From a virus (Duplodnaviria; Caudoviricetes): a stretch of 49,755 nt of DNA. Below the pieces are notes generated by a model. The model did no database searches and was not told the DNA's origin. It saw only the letters and a program-made list of their open reading frames with translations. Each line of letters opens with the position of its first letter. The first letter of the stretch is position 1. The translations under genes and the position numbers were made by a program. The DNA lies in IMG/VR virus record IMGVR_UViG_3300033487_000008, positions 1 to 49,755 of that record. One strand, given 5' to 3'. This document shows positions 17,425-24,896 of this stretch, piece after piece.

Positions 17425-17637
17425 ATGACTACATTCATTAGTCCCGATATTCACGGAAAAGATTATCAAGTCAGAGTTACCTTTATCGGCGAGCCTGATA
17501 TTGAAATAATCACTAGAGAAAATGCAATTGCAAGGTTGGAAGCATTCTACAACCACACTGCGGAAACGCTGGACAGTTTAGGAATAGGCGAGAAACTGCG
17601 AACTAACTTTTCTATCTATGAAAAGATAAGGAAATAA
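17425..17637 (+). CDS. Early hypothetical protein
   Basis: SD AGGA; first gene after the early promoter. Confidence 0.8.
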   Translation: MTTFISPDIHGKDYQVRVTFIGEPDIEIITRENAIARLEAFYNHTAETLDSLGIGEKLRTNFSIYEKIRK

Positions 17638-17724
17638 CCTTTAGGGTTTTGCTAGTTTTACCATTTATAGGTTACCGTACATGGCATGACTAAGGTCGTG
17701 CCGTGCGGGTAGCTTAGAAACTAC

Positions 17725-17740
17725 AGCACATTAACAAGTT
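17725..17740 (+). promoter_or_regulatory. boxA-like element 2
   Basis: AGCACATTAACAAGTT, after a long hairpin at 17671-17713. Confidence 0.5.
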
Positions 17741-17765
17741 AAAAGCGGGTAGATTGGATTATATT

Positions 17766-18095
17766 ATGAACAAGATCAAATATATTATAAGTACACCATA
17801 TAGGAATTATTATGAGATAGCAGAAAATGGTGGTGTAGTTAAGTACAGCAACGGATTGGATAAAACCAATGCAACAGAAAAAGAATTATTGACATGGCAA
17901 GTGTTAGGAATAGCAGAATTATTACCCTTTGGCAATTTAGGTAGAACTATCCCATTAAGCAAGGCTGTAAAGATTAAAAACTTTAGCTTTAAGAATGGTA
18001 AACCTAAATATACCGGAGTTGATAAAGACCACGGAACTGTAAGGGTATGGGGCAACACTAAATATCATGGTATTGATAAAGTTTATTTAGCCTAG
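17766..18095 (+). CDS. Early hypothetical protein (start MNKIKY)
   Basis: ORF; DKDHGT.RVWG motif. Confidence 0.8.
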   Translation: MNKIKYIISTPYRNYYEIAENGGVVKYSNGLDKTNATEKELLTWQVLGIAELLPFGNLGRTIPLSKAVKIKNFSFKNGKPKYTGVDKDHGTVRVWGNTKYHGIDKVYLA

Positions 18096-18285
18096 AGTTA
18101 TTTTCACCCGCTTTGTAATTATAGGTTGATACTGCAAGTTAAACCTAGCTTGCAGTAATGAGCCTAAAATTGACAATAGAAGAGAGTAAGACAGGCTTTA
18201 CGTTAAAGCTTTAGCTTAATGACTGGCGGTTGTGTACTAGCGAGCAGACTATTACACAACATTTGGTTATTAAATTTCAAAGGGG

Positions 18286-18588
18286 GTGAGTAACTTGAAA
18301 ATAACAAGGTCAACATTTAAAAGCTTCATAAACAAGAACACCGGTAAGCTGTGGATAGATTGCAAGTCGGACTTCGATGGAATGGTGGACATGGTAACAA
18401 CACACGAGGGACACAGTTTCCATCCGGTGCAAGCAACCGACAGAAACAACGATCATACGTTAGGAATTGGGGGGCTGTGGTTGGTTGGACAGTCAAGAGA
18501 TTGGTTTACAGCGTATGAGAACGAGGTATTTACAGGCATTGAGGTAAGTAACTGCTGTGGTAACCAGGTGATAGCAGTTAAAAAGTAG
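18286..18588 (+). CDS. Early hypothetical protein
   Basis: ORF with SDFDGMVD, GLWLVGQSRDWF, NCCG. Confidence 0.8.
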   Translation: MSNLKITRSTFKSFINKNTGKLWIDCKSDFDGMVDMVTTHEGHSFHPVQATDRNNDHTLGIGGLWLVGQSRDWFTAYENEVFTGIEVSNCCGNQVIAVKK

Positions 18589-18692
18589 GCTGGCGGGCGT
18601 GTCTTTGTGCTCGCCAGTTGGCAAGGGCACGCCGTAGACTTTAGTCAATAAGTTTTAACTGGCAAAGACGTAAGTCTTAGAAAGGAATACCT

Positions 18693-18986
18693 ATGCTTAG
18701 TAGAAAAGAATTGATTGACTTATTAAGAGCGTGGGAGAACATATCAAAAGATGAGGGTGTGGACTTTCTCGCTAGGGGGGTGGCATTGGATATGGAAAAG
18801 GAAATCAAATCGATCCTGGGGCATTCTGGGGGCTTAAAATGCCATTCCTGCGGTCATGTAATGGAGAATGCAGACCAAATAGAATTCTTTGAAGAAGCAG
18901 GAGAGTGCGGAACATGTGAGCATGTCCGGGGAGAAATATACAGCGATTGGATAGCAATGGGTCGCCCGGAAAGTGAGGAAGAATGA
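18693..18986 (+). CDS. Zn-finger (CxxC...CxxC) hypothetical protein
   Basis: CHSC, CGTC; SD AAGGA. Confidence 0.75.
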   Translation: MLSRKELIDLLRAWENISKDEGVDFLARGVALDMEKEIKSILGHSGGLKCHSCGHVMENADQIEFFEEAGECGTCEHVRGEIYSDWIAMGRPESEEE

Positions 18987-19045
18987 CAGTAATTATAGCG
19001 GTAGCGTGGTTTGTACTTTTAGTTTACCTGGGGAGCAGAAGCTAA
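18983..19045 (+). CDS. 20-aa single-TM micropeptide (MTVIIAVAWFVLLVYLGSRS)
   Basis: ATGA overlap upstream and TAATG overlap downstream. Confidence 0.55.
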   Translation: MTVIIAVAWFVLLVYLGSRS

Positions 19046-19194
19046 TGAAACACTCTAAAGCAAAGCTAAAGCTGTGGTACAAGTATCAGTTTTATTGCCC
19101 GTCTGATAAAAGGTCAGACGGGTTTGGGTTTGTACATTTCCCCGGCAAAAAGGAAATGGACAAGTTTATACTTGACAACAGGTTGACAAGGTGA
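19045..19194 (+). CDS. Hypothetical protein (start MKHSKAK)
   Basis: TAATG-coupled. Confidence 0.6.
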   Translation: MKHSKAKLKLWYKYQFYCPSDKRSDGFGFVHFPGKKEMDKFILDNRLTR

Positions 19195-19200
19195 TAACAT
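19172..19200 (+). promoter_or_regulatory. Sigma70 promoter, leaderless start at ATG 19208
   Basis: TTGACA-17bp-TAACAT (extended TG), 7 nt to ATG. Confidence 0.65.
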
Positions 19201-19207
19201 GCCAATA

Positions 19208-19408
19208 ATGAACAAAGCTAAAGCTAAACCAGAATACTACAATCACAAAAAGTGGTACGAGAAAAGGAACAGGGAAATGTATTTAGATAGACAAAGTGGA
19301 ATGAATGGAGTTGATTTAGTTTCAAAGTATAAAATTTCAGCTACGAGATTGTATGCAATCTTAAGAAGGGAGGAAAATGCCAACAAACAAAGAGATATGG
19401 GCAAATAA
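19208..19408 (+). CDS. HTH (Mor-like) transcriptional regulator
   Basis: KRNREMY...SGM...DLVSKYKISATRLYAIL. Confidence 0.75.
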   Translation: MNKAKAKPEYYNHKKWYEKRNREMYLDRQSGMNGVDLVSKYKISATRLYAILRREENANKQRDMGK

Positions 19409-19904
19409 AGTTAAAGAGGTGGTGCCGAGTGAAGAGATAGAACTGCCTGAGGCGGGAGCGTCAATCACTTTCAAAGTGTTAAGTCCATTGGGGTATCCGG
19501 CTTTACTTACAGCCAGGGACTCTCACATTGCCTCATTGTTTGACACTATAGAACAGGTTGAGGCGCATTTGAAAGAGAAAGGCTGGTTGCCGGATAAACA
19601 GATCGTTGCAAAACAAATGCCCTTGCCTACAGGTGAGAAATGTCCCAAATGTGGATCTGATTTAGTTAGGTTTGCGTCAAAGGATGGTACTAAGTCGGGG
19701 GTGAAATGCTCTACGGGCAAGTTTGACTGGGCAACCAAAAAGACAATCGGGTGTGATTATGTGAAATGGGATGACTCCGACACGTCTGTAGCAGGTGGAG
19801 CGACACCGGCACAAAAAGCCCTATTAGAAGCTAAAGGACTGTGGAAAGATGGAATGACTAAATCGCAAGCGTCTGAACTTATAAGTAATTTGTTAGGGAA
19901 ATGA
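19377..19904 (+). CDS. Protein with topoisomerase-type Zn ribbon
   Basis: EKCPKCGSDLV...CS...GCDYVKW; C-terminal ATPAQ...TKSQASELI motif. Confidence 0.75.
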   Translation: MPTNKEIWANKVKEVVPSEEIELPEAGASITFKVLSPLGYPALLTARDSHIASLFDTIEQVEAHLKEKGWLPDKQIVAKQMPLPTGEKCPKCGSDLVRFASKDGTKSGVKCSTGKFDWATKKTIGCDYVKWDDSDTSVAGGATPAQKALLEAKGLWKDGMTKSQASELISNLLGK

Positions 19905-19914
19905 GGTGATTACC

Positions 19915-19977
19915 TTGGCAAAGAAAAAGAAAGTGGTAAAGAAAAAGGTAAAGAAAACGAAGAAAGGGAAAAAGTAG
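19915..19977 (+). CDS. 20-aa lysine-rich micropeptide (MAKKKKVVKKKVKKTKKGKK)
   Basis: SD GAGGTGA before TTG; 13 of 20 residues are Lys. Confidence 0.55.
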   Translation: MAKKKKVVKKKVKKTKKGKK

Positions 19978-20016
19978 TGAGCATACTTAGCAGTCAGTCG
20001 AGAGGACTGCTAAGAT

Positions 20017-20289
20017 ATGAATATTACTAAAATACGCAAAGAGTCAAATGTTAACGGAGCCGACGAATTTAGAAAGTTTCTTATAGACCAACTAAGGGAT
20101 TTGAAAAACCCGGACGGATCGTGGGGCACGATAGCCAGAACATTCAAGGACTTTATAAACGTGCATTACCAGCTGTTTGTCAACAGGCCAGCGTACCCAA
20201 GTGGACAAAAGGAGCTGTCCGTAAAACAGTTGCCGCAAGGCTTCGGAGGTTCGAATCCTTCCGCTGGCACCACCAAGGAGAAGAAATGA
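20017..20289 (+). CDS. Hypothetical protein whose 3' third is the tRNA-Tyr sequence
   Basis: Open through the tRNA; ends in ATGA overlap with 20286. Confidence 0.55.
   Translation: MNITKIRKESNVNGADEFRKFLIDQLRDLKNPDGSWGTIARTFKDFINVHYQLFVNRPAYPSGQKELSVKQLPQGFGGSNPSAGTTKEKK
20187..20272 (+). tRNA. trnY: tRNA-Tyr(GTA), bacterial type II, with atypical C33
   Basis: Acceptor GCCAGCG/CGCTGGC+A+CCA; anticodon arm GCTGT-CCGTAAA-ACAGT; long variable arm; T arm GGAGG-TTCGAAT-CCTTC. Confidence 0.9.
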
Positions 20290-20564
20290 CAGATAAAGGG
20301 ATTGAGGAAAAGATACAAAATACAGTAAACAAAGCATTTGAGAATTGCTGGATAGATGAGAGGTCTAATATTGCCCATGTGCATAAATTAAGGATAGAGG
20401 AATTAGTCCAAGCCCTCACAAAGTTAGTGGAGGGGGAAGTACGAGGGTTCGTGAAGTATATGGCAGACCACCAGCGTACAGATTTCTATATTGACGAGTT
20501 ACTGGAGAGATACCTATCCACCCTATCCCCAGAGCAGGAAGGAAACAATGCCACACAGAAATAG
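20286..20564 (+). CDS. Hypothetical protein (start MTDKGI)
   Basis: SD AAGGAG. Confidence 0.7.
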   Translation: MTDKGIEEKIQNTVNKAFENCWIDERSNIAHVHKLRIEELVQALTKLVEGEVRGFVKYMADHQRTDFYIDELLERYLSTLSPEQEGNNATQK

Positions 20565-20997
20565 AAAGATAGAGGAGAAGGAACTAATAACAATAAACCC
20601 TAGAGAGATGACAGCTTTCGTAGAAGAAGGAGGGAAGTTTCTTTTCAAACCCAGTGCTGAAGAAGCCATCATTAAACTACATGAAACCATTGTCATGCTA
20701 CAAGCACTTGAAGATCAGATAAAAGAAAGAATTGCAGATATGGGGGTGGCGTTAAACCCGAACTTTAAAGGAGTTAAAGGGGATAAAGTAAGTTGCATTT
20801 ACAGGAAGTACGGAGCCAAGTACAAATACGACTGGAAGCTGAAAGAACAAGCAAAACCCTACCTTATTGAGAAAGTAAGTTACACAGTGGACACAGAAAA
20901 GGTAGATAAATACCTTGAAGCTGTAAAAGAACTGCCTGGTGGCATCCTAGAGGCTCCCAGAGAGTCTGTACTGAGCATTGTATACGAAGAATCATAA
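20548..20997 (+). CDS. Hypothetical protein, possibly Gam/Gp157-like (start MPHRN)
   Basis: Coiled coil, then VD..KV.......ELP.GI C-terminus. Confidence 0.65.
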   Translation: MPHRNRKIEEKELITINPREMTAFVEEGGKFLFKPSAEEAIIKLHETIVMLQALEDQIKERIADMGVALNPNFKGVKGDKVSCIYRKYGAKYKYDWKLKEQAKPYLIEKVSYTVDTEKVDKYLEAVKELPGGILEAPRESVLSIVYEES

Positions 20998-21054
20998 GTA
21001 TATCCCCCAATATCGGACAGGCCTGCAGTCTGCCTGGTGTTAGGGAACGTACTT

Positions 21055-21168
21055 ATGAGTGAACTGGAGAATCTATACAAACTAATTTATCAATGCCGGG
21101 AGGCTAATCTTTTCTCCGCAGTAGAGCGGTTGCAAAAGAAACTGGAACATGAATTACATAGACGTTAA
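21055..21168 (+). CDS. 37-aa hypothetical protein, not in ORF track
   Basis: MSELENLYKLIYQCRE...; fills gap and overlaps next gene. Confidence 0.5.
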   Translation: MSELENLYKLIYQCREANLFSAVERLQKKLEHELHRR

Positions 21169-21415
21169 AATAGACAAGCCCCTGTACGGTACGTTTGTAT
21201 ACATAAGGGAGAAGTATTTGAATCAAGCTAAAAATAGCGGCTGGCCGTTAAGAATAACTACACCACATGGCGTGGGTGTCATGTCTTACGAATCGTTCAT
21301 GCGTGGGGCTAAGAGAATGGAGAAAGTGTTTCTAATCCCTGAAAAGCCAATGATTTTGTATGGCAATTTTGTAAAGCTTAAAAGCTCAAGAATGGAGGAA
21401 AATGAGGGAGATTAA
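21149..21415 (+). CDS. Hypothetical protein
   Basis: ORF in operon. Confidence 0.7.
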   Translation: MNYIDVKIDKPLYGTFVYIREKYLNQAKNSGWPLRITTPHGVGVMSYESFMRGAKRMEKVFLIPEKPMILYGNFVKLKSSRMEENEGD

Positions 21416-21794
21416 ATTTAGAGCGTGGATAAAAAACGACACTACAGAGGGGGTTGGGATCTTAATGCCTTGGGATTCCTTACAGGAAAGAGATGGTTTT
21501 TGGACGGAAGAGGGTTTGTATCTTATGCAATTTACAGGGTTACTAGACAAGCAAGGAAAAGACATTTATGAAGGGGATATTATTAAGGGGACTGTCAACT
21601 CAATTAGGAAAAAGGGGAGTTATTTGATTCCTGTTAAACCAATGGAAGTAACATGGGATTATGACTTATTAGCGTTCATCAAAAACTCTATATGGTACGA
21701 GCTGGAGGTAATAGGTAATATTTACGAGAATCCAGAGTTATTAGACAACAAAATTAAATTAAAGGAGGAACATGAGAATACTTCCGGGAAATAA
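21402..21794 (+). CDS. yopX: YopX family protein
   Basis: MREIKFRAW, LMQFTGLLDKQGKDIYEGDI, EVIGNIYENPELL. Confidence 0.93.
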   Translation: MREIKFRAWIKNDTTEGVGILMPWDSLQERDGFWTEEGLYLMQFTGLLDKQGKDIYEGDIIKGTVNSIRKKGSYLIPVKPMEVTWDYDLLAFIKNSIWYELEVIGNIYENPELLDNKIKLKEEHENTSGK

Positions 21795-22032
21795 AATTAC
21801 AACAATAAAACCTGATGAGGTTAAACCCGTTATGGATTATGGTGATGAGACGTATGACCACGTTTTGTGGCTAGCCAAGCTGGACAGTAAACAGCTAAAG
21901 ATCGTGGATGAGCTGTTAAAAGATTTGTGGGATGTAAGATGTTGGGAGGGTGTCAACAAACACGAAGTAAGAGGAATTTTGGAGGCATGGGCTACGAAGA
22001 TAAACGACGCAGCCGAATACTGCTTTGGATAA
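21772..22032 (+). CDS. Hypothetical protein
   Basis: SD AAGGAGG. Confidence 0.75.
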   Translation: MRILPGNKITTIKPDEVKPVMDYGDETYDHVLWLAKLDSKQLKIVDELLKDLWDVRCWEGVNKHEVRGILEAWATKINDAAEYCFG

Positions 22033-22133
22033 TGTACCCAGAATACGAAACAAATGAACCGGGTTGCTGTGGGTGTATCATATATGCGTTCGTGTTTTGG
22101 ATGCTGTATAAATTTATAACTTGGATATTATGA
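22032..22133 (+). CDS. 33-aa membrane peptide (MYPEYETNEPGCCGCIIYAF...)
   Basis: TAATG and ATGA overlaps. Confidence 0.55.
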   Translation: MYPEYETNEPGCCGCIIYAFVFWMLYKFITWIL

Positions 22134-22678
22134 AAAAGATAAGAATGTCCTATTCACTCATGAGCCTGTGGGAGCGTGGAGATACACAAGGCGTGATAGA
22201 TACGTACTTCCATGTGGACAAAAAGACCACAAAGCAAATGGAGGCAGGCAAAGAGCTTCATAAGGAAATCTCAGATCACATTGTAAAGTTTAATGTGCTC
22301 CCGGACTATTTGAATTTCAGCGGGAAGCTAAGCGTACCCAAGCCCGAACAGGAAATCATTGTAGACTACAGTGAGATAGCTACCATTAAAGGAATAATAG
22401 ATTGTTTGGATGAGCCTAACTTGTACGAGTTTAAGACGGGGGTGTCGGACTCCTTGGAATGGACAAGAACGTTTCAGATTCCGCTTTACTTTTTAATATG
22501 CGAGATAGCTAAAATCCCCATAGATACAGCTTACCTGATAAGATATAATCAATATAAAAAGGAATCGGATTACACTGTGGTGCATAACAGCAAAAGACTG
22601 AGAGATCAGGCAAGGAATGTGGTGGATACAGTTTCACCTGAAATTCATAAGTTTTTTACTGAGCAGGGACTTATTTGA
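22130..22678 (+). CDS. PD-(D/E)xK nuclease (RecB/Cas4-like exonuclease)
   Basis: SYS, G..LH, E, GIID, YEFKTG, FQ..LY. Confidence 0.85.
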   Translation: MKKIRMSYSLMSLWERGDTQGVIDTYFHVDKKTTKQMEAGKELHKEISDHIVKFNVLPDYLNFSGKLSVPKPEQEIIVDYSEIATIKGIIDCLDEPNLYEFKTGVSDSLEWTRTFQIPLYFLICEIAKIPIDTAYLIRYNQYKKESDYTVVHNSKRLRDQARNVVDTVSPEIHKFFTEQGLI

Positions 22679-22686
22679 CAATTAAA

Positions 22687-22846
22687 TGCACAGCGTGAGG
22701 GCTGGGGGGATAGTAGGCCAGGTATCGTGGATCACGAGGCTGTTGTGCCGTACACGGAATACCCCTGATAAGATTCGTGTGTCTTGCCGAATATACGGGA
22801 AACTAGGGCTTTCCTGGGTTCCCGTTTCAAATTCTCGCTCTGTGCG
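22687..22846 (+). ncRNA. Candidate structured ncRNA (about 160 nt)
   Basis: Closing stem 22687-22699/22834-22846 with several internal hairpins; boxA-like TTATTTGACAATT just upstream. Confidence 0.5.
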
Positions 22847-22853
22847 CTTAGTT

Positions 22854-23210
22854 ATGAAAAAGACAGATAAGAAGAGGTTGGTATCTAAAATGGACACTCT
22901 GTTTTCGGAGATCATAAGATCCCAGGGGGTTTGTGATAGGTGTGGCAGCACCAAAAACCTTCAATGTGCACATGTGCTAAGCAGGAGGCATTTGCAAACC
23001 CGCTGGGATTTTGAGAATGGGCTGTGCCTTTGCACCAAGTGCCATTTATTCTGGGCACACAAAGAGCCTCATGAGTTTGTACGCTGGTTTGACGATAAGT
23101 TCGGTGGAAGGCTGTACGATGAACTGAAGAAACGTGCCAATAAAACCAAGAATTTCAATTACGAAGAAAAATACGCAGAGTTAGTTGCAATACGCAAGCA
23201 AAGTGTATAA
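22854..23210 (+). CDS. NinG/Rap-like HNH-type nuclease (start MKKTDK)
   Basis: D..FS..IR, CDRCG, QCAH..SR....TRWD..N...LC.KCH. Confidence 0.85.
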   Translation: MKKTDKKRLVSKMDTLFSEIIRSQGVCDRCGSTKNLQCAHVLSRRHLQTRWDFENGLCLCTKCHLFWAHKEPHEFVRWFDDKFGGRLYDELKKRANKTKNFNYEEKYAELVAIRKQSV

Positions 23211-23341
23211 TCGCTTCGGTACTTATGGATTCCAAAAAGCCGAAGTACCTGCTCTTACTCCGGCCTAACATCAAGTATACCAGAGTCGCCACTAACATCA
23301 AGTGTCTGGACTAAATGGGAACCTGTGAGTACCGCTTTGTT

Positions 23342-23464
23342 ATAAAACAATAGCCCGTCAGATTACTCCAACGGGCATTGTTTGCTTACTTTTTACAGAA
23401 GTAATAAACTGTATTCCGTAAATGAAAACATTACTATCATACAACTTATTAGCAAGGAAGTCAA
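23342..23464 (-). ncRNA. Candidate antisense small RNA with its own promoter and terminator
   Basis: TTGACT-17bp-TATGAT (23436-23464), about 85 nt, then hairpin AAACAATGCCCGT/ACGGGCTATTGTTT plus T-run. Confidence 0.5.
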
Positions 23465-23492
23465 GCGAGTGCCAAAGGGCTCGCTATTTTTG
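23464..23492 (+). terminator. Rho-independent terminator
   Basis: AGCGAG..CTCGCT hairpin followed by ATTTTTGT. Confidence 0.65.
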
Positions 23493-23701
23493 TGCTTGAA
23501 AACTAAGTCTCGCCTAAGATAAGTTTGGCAAAAAACTATCAACGCTTCTGAAAAAGGAAGGGAGAAAGAGATATAGTTTCAAATTCCGTAAGACAGTAAA
23601 ACCACCGTAATCGGGTCGGGGGAGGACTTAACGTAGCTGTTTTACAAGACCAAGCTTGGTTTTTTAGATAGCGGCAGGGGGATTTTTTCTTATAAGAGGT
23701 G

Positions 23702-23854
23702 ATGGAGAAACGTTTGTTAATAGAAAAGTTAATACGAATAGACAGGCTTCTCTTTTTGGGTGATAAAGATGGAGCTCATAATTTAATTCAATCACTTATT
23801 AAGGAGTTGTATGACCAGAGATCAATCAAAGATGGAAACATTGAAAAAAATTAA
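23702..23854 (+). CDS. 50-aa hypothetical protein, not in ORF track
   Basis: MEKRLLIEKLIRIDRLL...; overlaps next ORF. Confidence 0.5.
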   Translation: MEKRLLIEKLIRIDRLLFLGDKDGAHNLIQSLIKELYDQRSIKDGNIEKN

Positions 23855-24032
23855 GGCGGCCAGCTGTGGAAAAGAAATCACTGAAGCAATACTGTATCAC
23901 TTCAGAATGTATACAATCCCAGAGATGGGGGTGTCGATTGAGAAGAATCCCAGTCCTGTGGAAGTCTTTGGCTCTCCTTTATTAGAATCTAACCAGTCCG
24001 TAGGCCTTTCCTTTGGGAGCCAGGTTGTGTAA
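23811..24032 (+). CDS. Hypothetical protein
   Basis: SD AAGGAG; last plus-strand ORF. Confidence 0.55.
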   Translation: MTRDQSKMETLKKIKAASCGKEITEAILYHFRMYTIPEMGVSIEKNPSPVEVFGSPLLESNQSVGLSFGSQVV

Positions 24033-24182
24033 ATACTTATCTATAAATCTAAGTACAAACACAATCACAATGGCCCACTGTTCATTTATTGCACCGAAGT
24101 AGACCAATGCGAAAGGAATAATTGCCAGGACTAAAAGTCTTAAAGGTTCTTTAATTGCTTCTTTAACTGCGTTCCAGTTCAT
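23982..24182 (-). CDS. Holin
   Basis: Two TM segments, basic C-terminus, next to endolysin; SD GAGGTGA. Confidence 0.75.
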   Translation of the reverse strand: MNWNAVKEAIKEPLRLLVLAIIPFALVYFGAINEQWAIVIVFVLRFIDKYLHNLAPKGKAYGLVRF

Positions 24183-24193
24183 GTAATCACCTC

Positions 24194-24889
24194 CTAGATA
24201 ATTTTACTTAAACTATTTATTGCTTTTCTTATAGCTTCATCTTTAAGTAATGATTTCTTTTGTTCTGATTTAAGTTCAGTCTCTGTCTGTTCAAGTAGCA
24301 TTTCAAGGTTTCTTATTCTTTCTTCTAAGCCCGGAGTAGGAGTTACTTCGTATCCGAAGGCTTTGCCTATTCCGTCTACTATAGCCTGAACTACGGTATC
24401 TTTTTTAAGAAAGAGGGTGTCATGATCCTCGGGAAATCTGTTGCCTATACCGCACTCTATAAGAACACAGGGCGTGTTAGCGGAAAGGTACTGCCACATG
24501 TAATAGAACTTGGTGTTAGCGTTAGACCTTTGAGGTTTTTCCGGTATTTTTGTAGCTGTAAAATAGATTGATTTTAGGGCGGCGGCTATCCTTGTGCTTT
24601 CTGCTGTAACGTAATCTACCGAATGATCCGGAGTGTCAATGAACCCCCCTCTGTCGTTGTAGATATCAGCATCATAATGGATAGCAAGAAACAGATTCCA
24701 ATCCGTATTTACCACACGTGGATCCCTTTGTGCTAAAGCGTCTGTTTCGTAGACCTCAAACCCTAGGGTTTTTAATTTGGCGGATATGAGCGGAACTATC
24801 TCTGTTGTCCAGTCTCTTTCTCCCGGTGCTCCCGTTGCTCCCGTTACTACATCCTTATGCCCGCTTTGCAAACAAATGCGTCGTGACAT
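24194..24889 (-). CDS. Endolysin, N-acetylmuramoyl-L-alanine amidase (Amidase_3)
   Basis: LQSGH, GE, LAIHYD, VLIECG Zn ligands; C-terminal coiled coil. Confidence 0.9.
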   Translation of the reverse strand: MSRRICLQSGHKDVVTGATGAPGERDWTTEIVPLISAKLKTLGFEVYETDALAQRDPRVVNTDWNLFLAIHYDADIYNDRGGFIDTPDHSVDYVTAESTRIAAALKSIYFTATKIPEKPQRSNANTKFYYMWQYLSANTPCVLIECGIGNRFPEDHDTLFLKKDTVVQAIVDGIGKAFGYEVTPTPGLEERIRNLEMLLEQTETELKSEQKKSLLKDEAIRKAINSLSKII

Positions 24890-24896
24890 GGATAAA

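Noticed and set aside
18181-18680. Group I intron
   Set aside because: Only weak resemblance to R/S elements; no interrupted host gene, and the inner ORF is not a homing endonuclease
20187-20272. tRNA as attP integration site
   Set aside because: No integrase in the complete genome and no flanking host DNA
22130-22678. Cas4 / CRISPR-related gene
   Set aside because: Generic PD-(D/E)xK nuclease without the four-Cys Fe-S motif or CRISPR context
22760-22805. Hammerhead-like CTGATAAG...GAAAC or tRNA-Ile anticodon loop
   Set aside because: Core is not CUGANGA, and the required stems and cloverleaf do not form
22686-22853. N-terminal extension of the NinG-like ORF, and antisense ORF 22682..22954
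   Set aside because: Atypical peptide; region is better explained as structured RNA with the start at 22854
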